A stretch of 32,000 nucleotides of DNA, taken from assembly GCF_000039765.1 (NCBI RefSeq), contig NC_004459.3, forward strand, positions 2,181,127-2,213,126. The letters are read 5' to 3'. Origin of the DNA: Vibrio vulnificus CMCP6. GTDB lineage: Bacteria > Pseudomonadota > Gammaproteobacteria > Enterobacterales > Vibrionaceae. The translations under genes were made by a program, and so were the position numbers. The notes beneath the pieces are model-generated. The model had not been told where the DNA came from. It did no database searches and worked only from the letters and a program-made list of their open reading frames with translations. Positions 17,526 through 27,505 of this stretch are shown piece after piece (positions within the stretch are counted from its first letter, which is position 1; each line of letters begins with the position of its first letter).

Positions 17526-18080
17526 TGATCGCATTTAGTGTTCCATTTTGGTGACATTAAGTGTTTTTAAGTCTAATAAAGTAACTATTTTTGGACATTG
17601 TGATGTTTGTAGAAAATCTCTTTTAGAGGGGAGTGATGGAAGGCTCTTTGGAGGGATTACCAGAAGCTCAACGGCTCCAACAAGAATTGAAAAGGCGGTA
17701 TGGCTATCATGCGCTCTCTATCAGAGGCAGCACTGAACAAGTTTACAGGGCTTGATATGACTGAAACGAAGTTGAATGTCTAATTATCGCAAGGGTGCCG
17801 ATTTGAATTGTGGGTACACGTTAAAAGTGACTGGTGATTGTTAAGGTAGTGCTAGTCAATCTTTCTATCGGCTTTCAAGTCTTCATTATCATTCGATATA
17901 AACTTACGACAATAAATTACTCTTGGTTATGAAAAGGATTCATAACACATGGTATAATCTGCGGCTATAACATGCTGTGGTAAAAGAGATTTGTAGAATG
18001 TTCCGCTGTGGTGCCTTTCCCCTCTTAACCCATTGTCAGAAAAATAGTGAACAAACAAAGAATAGAAGGAACGAACAAAC

Positions 18081-18452
18081 ATGAAATGTCCAAAATGCAG
18101 TTCTGATTTTGAACAGCTTCAAACACCGCTAGGTGATGTAGAAAGATGCACGGAGTGTAAAGGGCTGTGGATTGACGCTTATGAAGTTGAAGCGATGAAA
18201 CCTCTTGCAGATGTCATCGATTCAGGTGATGAAGAGATCGGTAAAGCATTTAACGTGATAGACCGCATCAATTGCCCGGTTTGCCCCAACAACCAGTTAC
18301 TGCGCTTAGTTGATCCAAAACAGCCTCACATTTGGTTTGAAAGCTGCCCAACGTGTAAAGGCCGTTTCTATGATGCAGGTGAATTCAAAGATTTAGCTAC
18401 TCTCGACCTTTCTGACTTTTTCAAAAAGTTTGGCCTAGTTGAACGCTTGTAG
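18081..18452 (+). CDS. TFIIB-type zinc-ribbon protein
   Basis: MKCPKCSSDFEQLQTPLGDVERCTECKGLWIDAYE…INCPVCPNNQLLRLVD…WFESCPTCKGRFYDAGEFKDL; paired CxxC motifs. Preceded by an AAGAAGGAACGAAC stretch. Confidence 0.8.
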   Translation: MKCPKCSSDFEQLQTPLGDVERCTECKGLWIDAYEVEAMKPLADVIDSGDEEIGKAFNVIDRINCPVCPNNQLLRLVDPKQPHIWFESCPTCKGRFYDAGEFKDLATLDLSDFFKKFGLVERL

Positions 18453-18600
18453 ATTCTACATCACATAATGAGGCGGGTTTCCATCGCTTGGTATAGTTAG
18501 CTAAGGGGTCGGAACTCGCTGATGTTGATGCATGGAAGTTAGAAGATATGGCGACCAAGACCAGGTCGCGTTCTTATTATCTCATCACGGAGCAAACAAC

Positions 18601-19119
18601 ATGGAATTAGTTGTCCCTTCACCAGAGCTTGAGCTTGCCTTTGCGCATTTTTACGACGATTTTGCTCAGAATGATCGTGAAAATGCGGACTATTATTTTG
18701 AGGGCAAAACAGATTTTTCAACGTATGTTCAGCGTTTGCACGATGAAGCAATGGGGGTAAATCTACGCGAAGGCTATGTACCATGCAGCCACTTTTGGCT
18801 GGTGGATGCTCAAAAAACGGTTCTTGGTGCTATTCGAGTTCGTCACAACATCAATAACGAATTTCTCGCCATAGAAGCAGGCCACATTGGCTACGATATC
18901 GCGCCTTCACATCGAGGAAAAGGGAACGGTAAAGTGATGCTTAAGTTGGCATTGCCGAAAGCGGCAGAGCTTGGCATTGAGCGGGCGTTAATCACCGCTG
19001 ATGAAGATAACCTTGCATCGCGAGGTGTGATAGAAGCCAACGGTGGCGAGTTTGAGAGCATTGTTATGGGTAAGGTGTTTCCCAATGCTTTGGCTCGGTA
19101 TTGGGTTGATTGTAAGTAA
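18601..19119 (+). CDS. GNAT-family N-acetyltransferase
   Basis: AIEAGHIGYDIAPSHRGKGNGKVMLKLALPKAAELGIERALITADEDNLASRGVIEANGGEFE. The ATG at 18601 has a nearby GGAG, which favours it over the track start at 18532. Confidence 0.88.
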   Translation: MELVVPSPELELAFAHFYDDFAQNDRENADYYFEGKTDFSTYVQRLHDEAMGVNLREGYVPCSHFWLVDAQKTVLGAIRVRHNINNEFLAIEAGHIGYDIAPSHRGKGNGKVMLKLALPKAAELGIERALITADEDNLASRGVIEANGGEFESIVMGKVFPNALARYWVDCK

Positions 19120-19167
19120 ATCGCCCACTTTCATTCCAACAAAGAGATGACCACCTAGGAGGTTCAT

Positions 19168-19707
19168 TTGAATCATCGTGTTGTGTTTACCGGTGGGCCG
19201 GGGGCGGGCAAAACCTCCGTTATCGAATATCTCAATAACTTAGGTTACCCAAGTGCGCCCGAAGTGGGGCGAAAAGTCATCCAAGCACAAATGCAAGCTC
19301 AAGGTAGCGCGTTACCTTGGTTGGACAAATTGGCCTTTCGCGATCAAATGGTGGCTGAAGAAATCAAAAACTATGACGACTTTGGGCATGCGGTAACCAC
19401 TTTTTATGATAGAAGCATTATTGACTGCTATGGCTACAGTAAGCTTGAAAACTTACCCATTTCGACGCTTTTATCCACGAAATGTTGCGAGTTAAGGTAT
19501 GAGCGTAAGGTGTTTATTTTCCCGCCGTGGGAATCGATCTATAAAAATGATCGAGAGCGAAAGCAAGATTTTAAAGAAGCTGTTGCTACGTATCGCGAGA
19601 TGGTGAGTGCCTACACGCAGTTTGGTTACGATTTGCTTGAAGTGCCGATGGTTTCCGTTCGAGAGCGAGCGGAATTTATTTTAAACAACCTTAGGTCAAA
19701 TCTTTAG
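19168..19707 (+). CDS. P-loop AAA-family ATPase/NTPase
   Basis: MNHRVVFTGGPGAGKTSVIEYLNNLGYPSAPEVGRKVI…FYDRSIIDCYGYSKL…VFIFPPWESIYKNDRERKQDF. Confidence 0.8.
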   Translation: MNHRVVFTGGPGAGKTSVIEYLNNLGYPSAPEVGRKVIQAQMQAQGSALPWLDKLAFRDQMVAEEIKNYDDFGHAVTTFYDRSIIDCYGYSKLENLPISTLLSTKCCELRYERKVFIFPPWESIYKNDRERKQDFKEAVATYREMVSAYTQFGYDLLEVPMVSVRERAEFILNNLRSNL

Positions 19708-19734
19708 TATGGCGTTATGCCTTTGGGAGAAAAG

Positions 19735-20205
19735 ATGAAGTTTTATCGCGCAGAGGAGTATCAGGCTTCTTGTGAACAACGCTATCAAAAATACAAAAGT
19801 GAGATTGAAGCGCTACTCCCTGATGCCGTTGTCGAGCATGTGGGAGCATCTTCCATTCCTTTGGCGGTCTCTAAAGGTGACTTGGATATCTATGTGGGTG
19901 TGGATAGCGAAGATTTAGAGAGCGCGGTAAAAATACTCAAAGGTTTGGGCTTTGAGGAAAAGCAAGATACGTTAAGAACGCCTGAGCTATGCATGTTGGA
20001 AAGCACCGCCAATGACGATGTAGCATTCCAAGTGGTTGCCAATGGTTCTGAGTTTGAGTGCTTTTTGGCGTTTCGAGATAAGCTTCGTGCAAACCCTGAG
20101 TTGGTTCAACAATACAATACACTGAAAATGGCTTGTACTGGTTGGTCTCAAGACGAATATCGTCTGAAAAAGTCAGCGTTTGTTGAACATGTTTTGGCGC
20201 AGTAA
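19735..20205 (+). CDS. GrpB-family (UPF0157) nucleotidyltransferase-fold protein
   Basis: EHVGASSIPLAVSKGDLDIYVGVD…. ATG at 19735 preceded by GGGAG; the track start is 19717. Confidence 0.8.
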   Translation: MKFYRAEEYQASCEQRYQKYKSEIEALLPDAVVEHVGASSIPLAVSKGDLDIYVGVDSEDLESAVKILKGLGFEEKQDTLRTPELCMLESTANDDVAFQVVANGSEFECFLAFRDKLRANPELVQQYNTLKMACTGWSQDEYRLKKSAFVEHVLAQ

Positions 20206-20210
20206 ATAAC

Positions 20211-20753
20211 GTGTGTAAGAAGATGGATAAGCTCATTGCCCTCATCAAAGAAGACCGAATGAGAACAGAGGCGTTAGGCCATGTGGCCGAGTTGTCATTG
20301 CCTCAGTGCTATATTGCCGCAGGCTTTGTGCGAAATTTGGTGTGGGATTCATTACACGGTTTCGTCACTCCCTTGAATGATGTTGATGTGATCTACTTTG
20401 ATCCCACAGAGTCAAACCCCGATGCTTATCTGCAATATGAAGCGCATTTAAAGGCGCGTATGCCGCAGTTCAATTGGCAGATTCGCAATCAAGCAAAAAT
20501 GCATATTCGTAACGGGGATGAGCCGTATCAAAGCGCGGTAGATGCCATGCGTTATTGGCCAGAGAAAGAAACGGCGGTGGCCGTTCGGCAAGTGGCGGCA
20601 GATCGCTATGAATGTGTTTCGGCTTTTGGGCTTGAATCTCTATTTCGTGGGCATATCACGCACAATCCAAAGCGTTGTTTGGCAACGTTTGAACACCGCG
20701 TTATTTCAAAAGGATGGGTGTCCCGCTGGCCCAAATTAGTGGTGATGTCGTAA
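20211..20753 (+). CDS. Nucleotidyltransferase-family protein
   Basis: CYIAAGFVRNLVWDSLHGFVTPLNDVDVIYFDPTES…QAKMHIRNGDEPYQSAVDAMRYWPEKETAVAVR. Confidence 0.78.
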   Translation: MCKKMDKLIALIKEDRMRTEALGHVAELSLPQCYIAAGFVRNLVWDSLHGFVTPLNDVDVIYFDPTESNPDAYLQYEAHLKARMPQFNWQIRNQAKMHIRNGDEPYQSAVDAMRYWPEKETAVAVRQVAADRYECVSAFGLESLFRGHITHNPKRCLATFEHRVISKGWVSRWPKLVVMS

Positions 20754-20850
20754 CAACACGGTGCTGCTTGGGCTTGCCTTTACCGTGATGCTGCTGGTGG
20801 CTCTGAATCTGCATCACTCATTTCTATCAATTCACGGAGTGGAGAGAATA

Positions 20851-21240
20851 ATGGAAGCAAAAGAGGTCGTTTTAGCCTATTGGCAGGCGATGAAAAGCAA
20901 TGATTTTGCCAAAGCCAGTGAATGGTTAAGTTTGGATTTTGAGGGTTTTTGGCCGCAATCTGGCGAACTTATTGTTGGCAGAGAGAATTTTATCGCGATT
21001 AACACCGATTACCCGGCCAATGGTGTTTGGACATTCGACATTCATTCCGTTGTTTGTGAAGGGGCTACGGTTGTGACAGACGTTGTGATCACCGATGGCG
21101 TTCAAAAAGCGCGAGCCATTACCTTTCATACGGTTGAAAATGGGCTTATCTGCAAGCAAAAGGAATTTTGGCCCGACCCAATGCCAGCGCAAACCTGGCG
21201 TTCAAAATGGGTCAAGATCGTTCAAGAGTCGTTTGATTAA
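20851..21240 (+). CDS. NTF2/SnoaL-like fold protein
   Basis: MEAKEVVLAYWQAMKSNDFAKASEWLSLDFEGFWPQSGELIVGRENFIAINTDYP. ATG at 20851 with GGAGAGA upstream; the first 30 residues of the track ORF are probably not coding. Confidence 0.7.
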   Translation: MEAKEVVLAYWQAMKSNDFAKASEWLSLDFEGFWPQSGELIVGRENFIAINTDYPANGVWTFDIHSVVCEGATVVTDVVITDGVQKARAITFHTVENGLICKQKEFWPDPMPAQTWRSKWVKIVQESFD

Positions 21241-21298
21241 GTGATTTTTGGGCTATCGCGAGCCACAAAAGAATAAACGAAACAATAGGGAGAAAGTT

Positions 21299-21934
21299 TT
21301 GCAAGAGTTTCAAGTTTACCTGTTTGATATGGATGGCACCTTAGTGAACTCGGAGCCGTTGAAGGGGCAAGCATTAGCCCTGGCTTGTCAAGATTACGGC
21401 TCAGTGGTGGATTTTAATATCTATAAAGAGGTGATGGGGGAGAGCTGGCCTGTGGTCACTGGCCACTTTTTCAAACACGCGAATATTTCCCCTGAGCTCG
21501 CCGAGTTCAATACACACTTTCGGGCTCACTACGAGAGATTGTTGTCGGAAAACCTCGAATTGAATCGCGGTGCGAAAGCGTACATTGAACATTTGAATGC
21601 GAGCGGAAAGCAGTGTGCCGTGGTGAGTTCGGCAGCAACGTGGATGGTGGAAAACATACTGAATGCGCTGGATCTGAAGGAGGCGTTTAAGGTTGTGATC
21701 ACACAAGAACACGTCACAAAACACAAACCCGACCCAGAAGCCTTTAATCTGGCGTTGTCAAAACTGGGTGTGACGCCAGAGCAGGCAATTATATTTGAAG
21801 ATTCTCATGCTGGCGTCTTGGCTGGTCGAGCGAGCGGTTGTAACGTGGTGGCCATCAGGCATGAGTTTAATGGCAAAAATGATTTGAGTGGCGCGGTTGC
21901 TTGTATCGAGAGTTTTGAAGCGCTTTTGGTGTAA
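21299..21934 (+). CDS. HAD-superfamily hydrolase (beta-phosphoglucomutase/YieH-like phosphatase)
   Basis: VYLFDMDGTLVNSEPLKGQAL…CAVVSSAATWM…HKPDPEAFNLALSKLGVTPEQAIIFEDSHAGVLAGRASG. TTG start at 21299 with an AGGGAGAAAG RBS-like sequence. Confidence 0.88.
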   Translation: MQEFQVYLFDMDGTLVNSEPLKGQALALACQDYGSVVDFNIYKEVMGESWPVVTGHFFKHANISPELAEFNTHFRAHYERLLSENLELNRGAKAYIEHLNASGKQCAVVSSAATWMVENILNALDLKEAFKVVITQEHVTKHKPDPEAFNLALSKLGVTPEQAIIFEDSHAGVLAGRASGCNVVAIRHEFNGKNDLSGAVACIESFEALLV

Positions 21935-22065
21935 TGCAAAACGCAAACAAATTCAGGCCAAGGTCGGGCAATACGGTGCATTTGAAACAACGCCTAATGC
22001 TTTAAAAACTCAACCTGGTGACAGATTGAGTTTTTACTTTTTGTCGGCCAAGTATTCGTTGACCG

Positions 22066-23706
22066 TTACACTTTAAAGAAGGCAACTTCTTGTTTGAGAT
22101 GATCAGAAAGCGCGTTCAAGTTCTGGCTGGCCACCTGGTTATTCTCCATTGATCGAATGGACTCCTTCGACATGCAGGATATCTGTTCCATGGCCACGAC
22201 GAGCTCACGGACCACTTCCACTTGTTCATCCGTTGCGATCACAACGTCACGCACTCGGTTGAGAGAATCTTGAGACTGCTGCTCAATGCTCACCAGCAGT
22301 TGGCTCGCTTGTGCGGTGTTTTTCTGACAACTCTCTACTTTAGGCTGTGTGTTTTCCATTGCGCTCACGCTGGCAACGGTTTGAGCTTGCACTTCTTTGA
22401 GCATCGCCTCGATCTGCGTTGTCGCTTCGCCTGTACGTTTGGCTAGGCTCCGTACCTCATCGGCCACAACGGCAAAGCCACGCCCAGATTCACCCGCTCG
22501 CGCCGCTTCTATCGCGGCATTCAGCGCGAGCAAGTTGGTTTGCTCTGAGATACTGCTGATCATATTGACGATTCCGCCAATATCGCGCGTTTTGGCTTCT
22601 AGCTGTTTGACCTGAGCAACCGTTTCATTGACGGCGACTGTCACAGACAGCATTTGCTCCGCTACTGCCGCCACAAGCACGCGGCCATCACGGGCATTAT
22701 CCGAGGTATTGACTGAGTTTTGTTCAGTAAGGCTCACCACTTTAGCAATCTCATCAATGCTGGCGTGCATGCTTTCTAATTTTGTGGCCATGTTTTGTGT
22801 CAGCGATGCTTGTTGCTGAGCGGAGTCAAAGACCGAACTGGAACCGCTTGAAACGGCTTCCACTTGGGTGGCCAGTTGCTCTGATGCGTTTCGGATATTG
22901 TGCACGATAGAGCTGAGTTTATCGGACATCAACGAAAGTGAGTGCAGAATACTGCCTTGGTCACTGCTCTGATATTGTTGAGTTAACTCGCCATTGGCCA
23001 TCAACTGAATCGCATGTTGAGCCACATAAGGTTCACCCCCCAAGGAGAGGCGAAAACTGCGCTCAATAATGAAACCAACCATCGCCGAAATCAGCACGGC
23101 GATACCACTTAGCACCAGCATTAAGCTCTGAAATCCGTTGGCCTCCGCACGAGCGATGGGCGTCAGTTGTTGGTTGAGCGACTCTTGATAATCAATAAAC
23201 TCATTGATCACTTTTAACCAGTTGGCGAAGCTTGGACGAACTTGCTCAAGCAGCATAGGGGTAACGTCTTCGCCACTCTTTTTCTTCGCAATCACTTCTC
23301 TCACAAGAGGCAGCGTTTTTGTTTGTATATCACCAATGCGCTGCAAAATGGCTCGCTCTTGCGCTGAAAAGGGAATGCCATCAGCCATCATGCTTTGCAT
23401 GTTTTGTTCCGATTGTTGATAGAATTTTTCTAATCGACGGATTTCATCTTCAAAACGAGCAAGCTCTTGTGGGGTTCGAGCCATTGCAACATCGCGAATG
23501 GCGATAGCTCGATCATGAACACTGCCGCGAAAGTTGATCGCGTATCGTTGTTTTACCGAGTTAATGTCCGTCACCTCAGCAAGGCTCATGTCGATAAAGT
23601 TAACTTTTTGAATTCCGACGATGGTCAGTAATGCCATAAGTGCCACTAACGTACCAAAACCGAGCGCCAAACGCGTCCTTACTTTTAACTTTGCAAGGTA
23701 TTGCAT
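22066..23706 (-). CDS. Methyl-accepting chemotaxis protein
   Basis: [31 protein letters not shown], 4HB-type sensor region and signalling hairpin [50 protein letters not shown] at 23706 preceded by an AGGAG-type RBS. Confidence 0.95.
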   Translation of the reverse strand: MQYLAKLKVRTRLALGFGTLVALMALLTIVGIQKVNFIDMSLAEVTDINSVKQRYAINFRGSVHDRAIAIRDVAMARTPQELARFEDEIRRLEKFYQQSEQNMQSMMADGIPFSAQERAILQRIGDIQTKTLPLVREVIAKKKSGEDVTPMLLEQVRPSFANWLKVINEFIDYQESLNQQLTPIARAEANGFQSLMLVLSGIAVLISAMVGFIIERSFRLSLGGEPYVAQHAIQLMANGELTQQYQSSDQGSILHSLSLMSDKLSSIVHNIRNASEQLATQVEAVSSGSSSVFDSAQQQASLTQNMATKLESMHASIDEIAKVVSLTEQNSVNTSDNARDGRVLVAAVAEQMLSVTVAVNETVAQVKQLEAKTRDIGGIVNMISSISEQTNLLALNAAIEAARAGESGRGFAVVADEVRSLAKRTGEATTQIEAMLKEVQAQTVASVSAMENTQPKVESCQKNTAQASQLLVSIEQQSQDSLNRVRDVVIATDEQVEVVRELVVAMEQISCMSKESIRSMENNQVASQNLNALSDHLKQEVAFFKV

Positions 23707-24354
23707 TCCATACTCCTGATAGCAAACGTAACCGTTGAGGCAATGTCGCCAGCAACGCCTATTTTTTAGTTTTTGTGGAAAGAGTGAGACCGCTTTATTC
23801 GAGCAAAAATGACAAGCAACCAAAGAAAGGGTGAAGTATCACCAACATTGATGAAATCAGCGCCTGGATATTGTGGTCTCGCGCGACATTCTCGCAGAGG
23901 GAGAAGGGGGGAATCCAATTGCTTGCTGTGATTAGGTTAATCGGTAAAAACTATTGAAGTAGTAAGCTTAGCGATGCAAAAGTATGCCCTATATACAATT
24001 GCGGAGTTTCACTAACGTTTCGGGTTTCTGACTGTCGTTGAGTGATGTTGGCTATCACATACATATCTTGTACTTGATATGTCAATCGTTGCCATGACTG
24101 GTCAATCAATTCTCCTTCCTCTTTAAGCACAATTTTTACAGTGTTTTTTTTGCCGATTAAAGGAGTATAGTTGGCGTTAACCCAATGTTTTATCGAACTA
24201 TATTATTCATTTTTTGCTCAGTTATTAGTCAGAAATGGCTCAAAAATCAATAGGTAAAACAGGGTTGGTAATAACAAAGCAAATAGCTCAATGTTTGCTG
24301 TAAGCAGTAATAAAAAGGCAAGTGCGAGAGAACTGGCCGACGAAGGAGAACACC

Positions 24355-25350
24355 ATGATCAAGATCGCTTTTTTTAGCGCGAAATCTTATGACGAAGCCT
24401 CGTTTAATAAAGTGAATGGCAACAAAGAGTATGAGTTTCACTACCATGATTTTCGCTTGCGGCTAAAAACCAGCAAAATGGCTCAAGGTTGTGATGTGGT
24501 CTGTGCTTTCGTCAATGACGATCTCTCTTCCCCTGTCCTTGAGCAGTTAGCGCTTGGTGGCACAAAGCTGATTGCGATGCGCTGTGCTGGGTTTGATAAA
24601 GTCGATCTGCAGGCGGCCAAAGAACTGGGTTTGCAAGTGGTGCGAGTGCCAGCGTACTCTCCAGAGGCGGTAGCGGAACACGCGGTTGGCATGATGATGT
24701 GTCTGAATCGTCGCTTGCATAAAGCCTATCAGCGAACTCGCGATGCCAACTTCTCGCTTGAGGGGTTAGTTGGCTTTAATTTCTACGGCAAGACCGTTGG
24801 GGTCATTGGTACGGGGAAAATCGGCCTTGCGACGATGCGGATTCTAAAAGGATTGGGGATGGAAATTCTTTGCTACGATCCTTATGAAAATCCACTGGCC
24901 ATCGAAATGGGCGCGCGCTACACCACTCTCCAGGAGATTTACCAAAGTGCCGATGTGATTTCGCTGCATTGTCCGATGAGCAAAGAAAACTTCCATTTGC
25001 TCAATGAACATTCGTTTGAACAGATGAAAGATGGTGTGATGATCATCAACACGAGCCGCGGTGAATTACTTGATTCAGCAGCGGCGATTGAAGCGCTGAA
25101 AAAAGGCAAAATAGGCGCATTGGGCCTCGATGTTTATGACAACGAGAAAGATCTGTTCTTCCAAGACAAATCGAATGATGTGATTGTCGATGACGTGTTC
25201 CGCCGTTTGTCTGCGTGCCACAACGTTTTGTTTACTGGCCATCAGGCCTTTTTAACGCATGAAGCGTTGAACAATATTGCCTCGGTAACGCTTAACAATG
25301 TCGAGGCTTTCTTTGCTGGCAACACCTCTGGCAATGAGCTGGTGGAATAA
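24355..25350 (+). CDS. D-2-hydroxyacid dehydrogenase (D-lactate dehydrogenase-like)
   Basis: MIKIAFFSAKSYDEASFNKVN…GKTVGVIGTGKIGLATMRIL…MINTSRGELLDSAAAIEALKKGKIGALGLDVYDNEKDLFFQD. AAGGAGA upstream of ATG 24355. Confidence 0.92.
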   Translation: MIKIAFFSAKSYDEASFNKVNGNKEYEFHYHDFRLRLKTSKMAQGCDVVCAFVNDDLSSPVLEQLALGGTKLIAMRCAGFDKVDLQAAKELGLQVVRVPAYSPEAVAEHAVGMMMCLNRRLHKAYQRTRDANFSLEGLVGFNFYGKTVGVIGTGKIGLATMRILKGLGMEILCYDPYENPLAIEMGARYTTLQEIYQSADVISLHCPMSKENFHLLNEHSFEQMKDGVMIINTSRGELLDSAAAIEALKKGKIGALGLDVYDNEKDLFFQDKSNDVIVDDVFRRLSACHNVLFTGHQAFLTHEALNNIASVTLNNVEAFFAGNTSGNELVE

Positions 25351-25371
25351 CGGCCGCAGATGGGTTGTGTG

Positions 25372-25416
25372 AAGCAGTGTCACTCTTATTGAGTGGCACT
25401 GCTTTGATTGTTTTTT
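25372..25416 (+). terminator. Rho-independent terminator after the dehydrogenase
   Basis: AAGCAGTGtCACTC-ttatt-GAGTGgCACTGCTT followed by TGATTGTTTTTT. Confidence 0.85.
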
Positions 25417-25571
25417 GGCGTGTTACGCTTTGTTACAACTGGCCCCATTGCCAAGGTAGGTGGTTGCTGATTTACTAAATGTCCCTAAGCAATAGAGGTA
25501 TATTTTTTAATGGACGACCCCCTTAGTCGACAAAACACTTCCCTTACTTCCACTGATGTGGAGCTCTCCTT

Positions 25572-26342
25572 ATGTTAGAACTGTTCATGCAACCCGAAAC
25601 GTGGGTTATTTTTGCCACATTGTTTGCCTTGGAGATTGTACTTGGCGTAGATAACGTCGTATTTATCTCTGTTTTGTGTGAACGATTACCAGTAGAACAA
25701 CGAAAATTCGCCCGCAATATGGGTATTAGCCTTGCGGTTTCTGCGCGTATCGTGTTGGTCTTTTCCATCTCGTGGGTGATGTCTCTAACGCAACCGATCT
25801 TGTCATTTCAAGATGTTGAATTCACTGGCCGTGATGTGATCATGATTGCTGGTGGCGCATTCTTACTGGCTAAAAGTGCCAAAGAGTTGTGGTCTTGGTT
25901 AACGCAGCATGAGCATGCACATTCCACCCACGTCAGAACGGGTTTGGCTGTGGTATTGCTACAGATTGTCGCGGTGGATGCCGTTTTCTCTATGGACTCA
26001 GTTATCACGGCGGTTGGCCTGACCAATGAAGTGCCTATCATGGTAGCCGCCATTTTAGCCTCGGCAGTGGTGATGGTGCTAACGGCTGAAAAGATCAACC
26101 ATGTGGTGACTAAGTACCCAGGTTTTAAAACCTTGGCGTTACTTTTCCTGATCCTATTGGGAGGGTTACTCATGGCCGAAGGTTTCGCAGTTCACGTGAA
26201 TAAAGGCTATGTCTACTTCGCGATGGCTTTTGGTTTGATATTAGAGCTTTGCCATATTCAGTTGAAGAAAAAGCAAAAGGTGAATATTCGTCGTATTCGT
26301 CCGTTAAACGTGTCTATTCAAGGCGATCTTATCCGAGGGTAA
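25572..26342 (+). CDS. TerC-family integral membrane protein
   Basis: FALEIVLGVDNVVFISVLCERLPVEQRKFARNMGI…QIVAVDAVFSMDSVITAVGLTNEVPIMVAAILAS. Confidence 0.92.
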   Translation: MLELFMQPETWVIFATLFALEIVLGVDNVVFISVLCERLPVEQRKFARNMGISLAVSARIVLVFSISWVMSLTQPILSFQDVEFTGRDVIMIAGGAFLLAKSAKELWSWLTQHEHAHSTHVRTGLAVVLLQIVAVDAVFSMDSVITAVGLTNEVPIMVAAILASAVVMVLTAEKINHVVTKYPGFKTLALLFLILLGGLLMAEGFAVHVNKGYVYFAMAFGLILELCHIQLKKKQKVNIRRIRPLNVSIQGDLIRG

Positions 26343-26366
26343 AACGCTAAAACTAGGCTATGAAGT

Positions 26367-26388
26367 AAGGCTCCGAAAGGGGCCTTAT
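26367..26388 (+). terminator. Possible terminator after the TerC-family gene
   Basis: TAAGGCTCC-gaaa-GGGGCCTTA hairpin shortly after the stop; weak T-tract. Confidence 0.4.
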
Positions 26389-26450
26389 TACGCTGAGGAA
26401 GCCCTAAAAAAATCGATAAAACGGCTTAAGCCAATGCCACTCCGTCATTC

Positions 26451-27460
26451 TCACGCACGCTTTAGGATGGGTCCCCGCCTGCGCGAGGATGACAAGAAAA
26501 AGACGAAAGAGACAAGCAGACAAGAGACGGTTCGGGAGAGAGTTGAGTGCTTTGTTGTCTCCAGAAAGCCTGCCACATGACAGACACGAATAGCGCTAAA
26601 ATTGGTTACCATTACAGAGTCACACTCACCATCACCGTCATTCTCGCGAACGCGGGAACCCATTCATCCGCGTCCGCCGAGTGCTTCGTTAGCAAAAGTC
26701 CTTACAGCGGCAAGCATCTACAAACGAAGAGACAGCGTCCCCCAATGCCGTCATTCTCGCGAACGCGGGAACCCATTCATCCGCGTCCGCCGAGTGCTTC
26801 GTTAGCAAAAGTCCTCACAACGACAAACATCTACAAACGAAGAGACAACGTCACCCATCACCGTCATTCTCGCGAACGCGGGAACCCATTCATCCGCGTA
26901 CGCCGAGAGTTTTGTTAGCAAAAGTCCTCACAACGACAAACATCCCAAATGCCGAGAGAGCAAGGTGAACTCAGTCGTACCATCAACCCACAACGCACGC
27001 TTTAGGATGGGTCCCCGCCTGCGCGAGGATGACAAGAAAAAGACGAAAGAGACAAGAGACGGTTCGGGAGAGAGTTGAGAGCTTTGTTGTCTCCAGAAAG
27101 TTTGTCACACGACAGACACGAACAGCGCTCAAATTGGTTACCATTACAGAGCCATACTCACCATCGCCGTCATTCTCGCGAACGCGGGAACCCATTCATC
27201 CGCGTACGCCGAGTGCTTCGTTAGCAGAAGTCCTTACAACGACAAACATCTACAAACGAAGAGACAACACCCTCATCACCGTCATTCTCGCGAACGCGGG
27301 AACCCATTCGTCCGCGTCCGCCGAGAGTTTCGTTAGCAAAAGTCCTCACAGCGGCCAGCATCCCAAATGCCGAGAGAGCAAGGTGAATTCAGTCGTACCA
27401 TCAACCTACAGCGCACGCTTTAGCATGGGTCCCCGCCTGCGCGAGGATGACAAGAAATAG
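26451..27460. repeat. Composite intergenic repeat array with two mutually inverted palindromic modules
   Basis: Module A (CCGTCATTCTCGCGAACGCGGGAACCCATTC) starts at 26635, 26748, 26861, 27167 and 27279. Module B (GCACGCTTTAG[G/C]ATGGGTCCCCGCCTGCGCGAGGATGACAAGAAA) is at about 26455-26499, 26995-27039 and 27413-27457. Confidence 0.92.
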
Positions 27461-27505
27461 CTGAAAGAGATAGGCAGACAAAAGCCTTTAGAACACGGGA
27501 AATCT

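Noticed and set aside
17548-17736. 62 aa ORF upstream of the zinc-ribbon gene
   Set aside because: No convincing RBS or recognisable motif; insufficient support for coding.
17444-21934. Integron cassette array (many small plus-strand accessory genes)
   Set aside because: No recognisable attC/VCR-type sites between genes and no integrase visible; GGCGTTATGCC near 19712 is too short to count.
25405-25571. Possible yybP-ykoY-type manganese riboswitch ahead of the TerC-family gene
   Set aside because: TerC-family genes sometimes have one, but I could not identify the conserved core sequence here; a Rfam scan would decide.
26635-27310. Possible CRISPR array (regularly spaced 30-bp repeats at 113-bp steps)
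   Set aside because: The 'spacers' are ~80 bp and nearly identical to each other, and no cas genes are present; it is a tandem/REP-like repeat.
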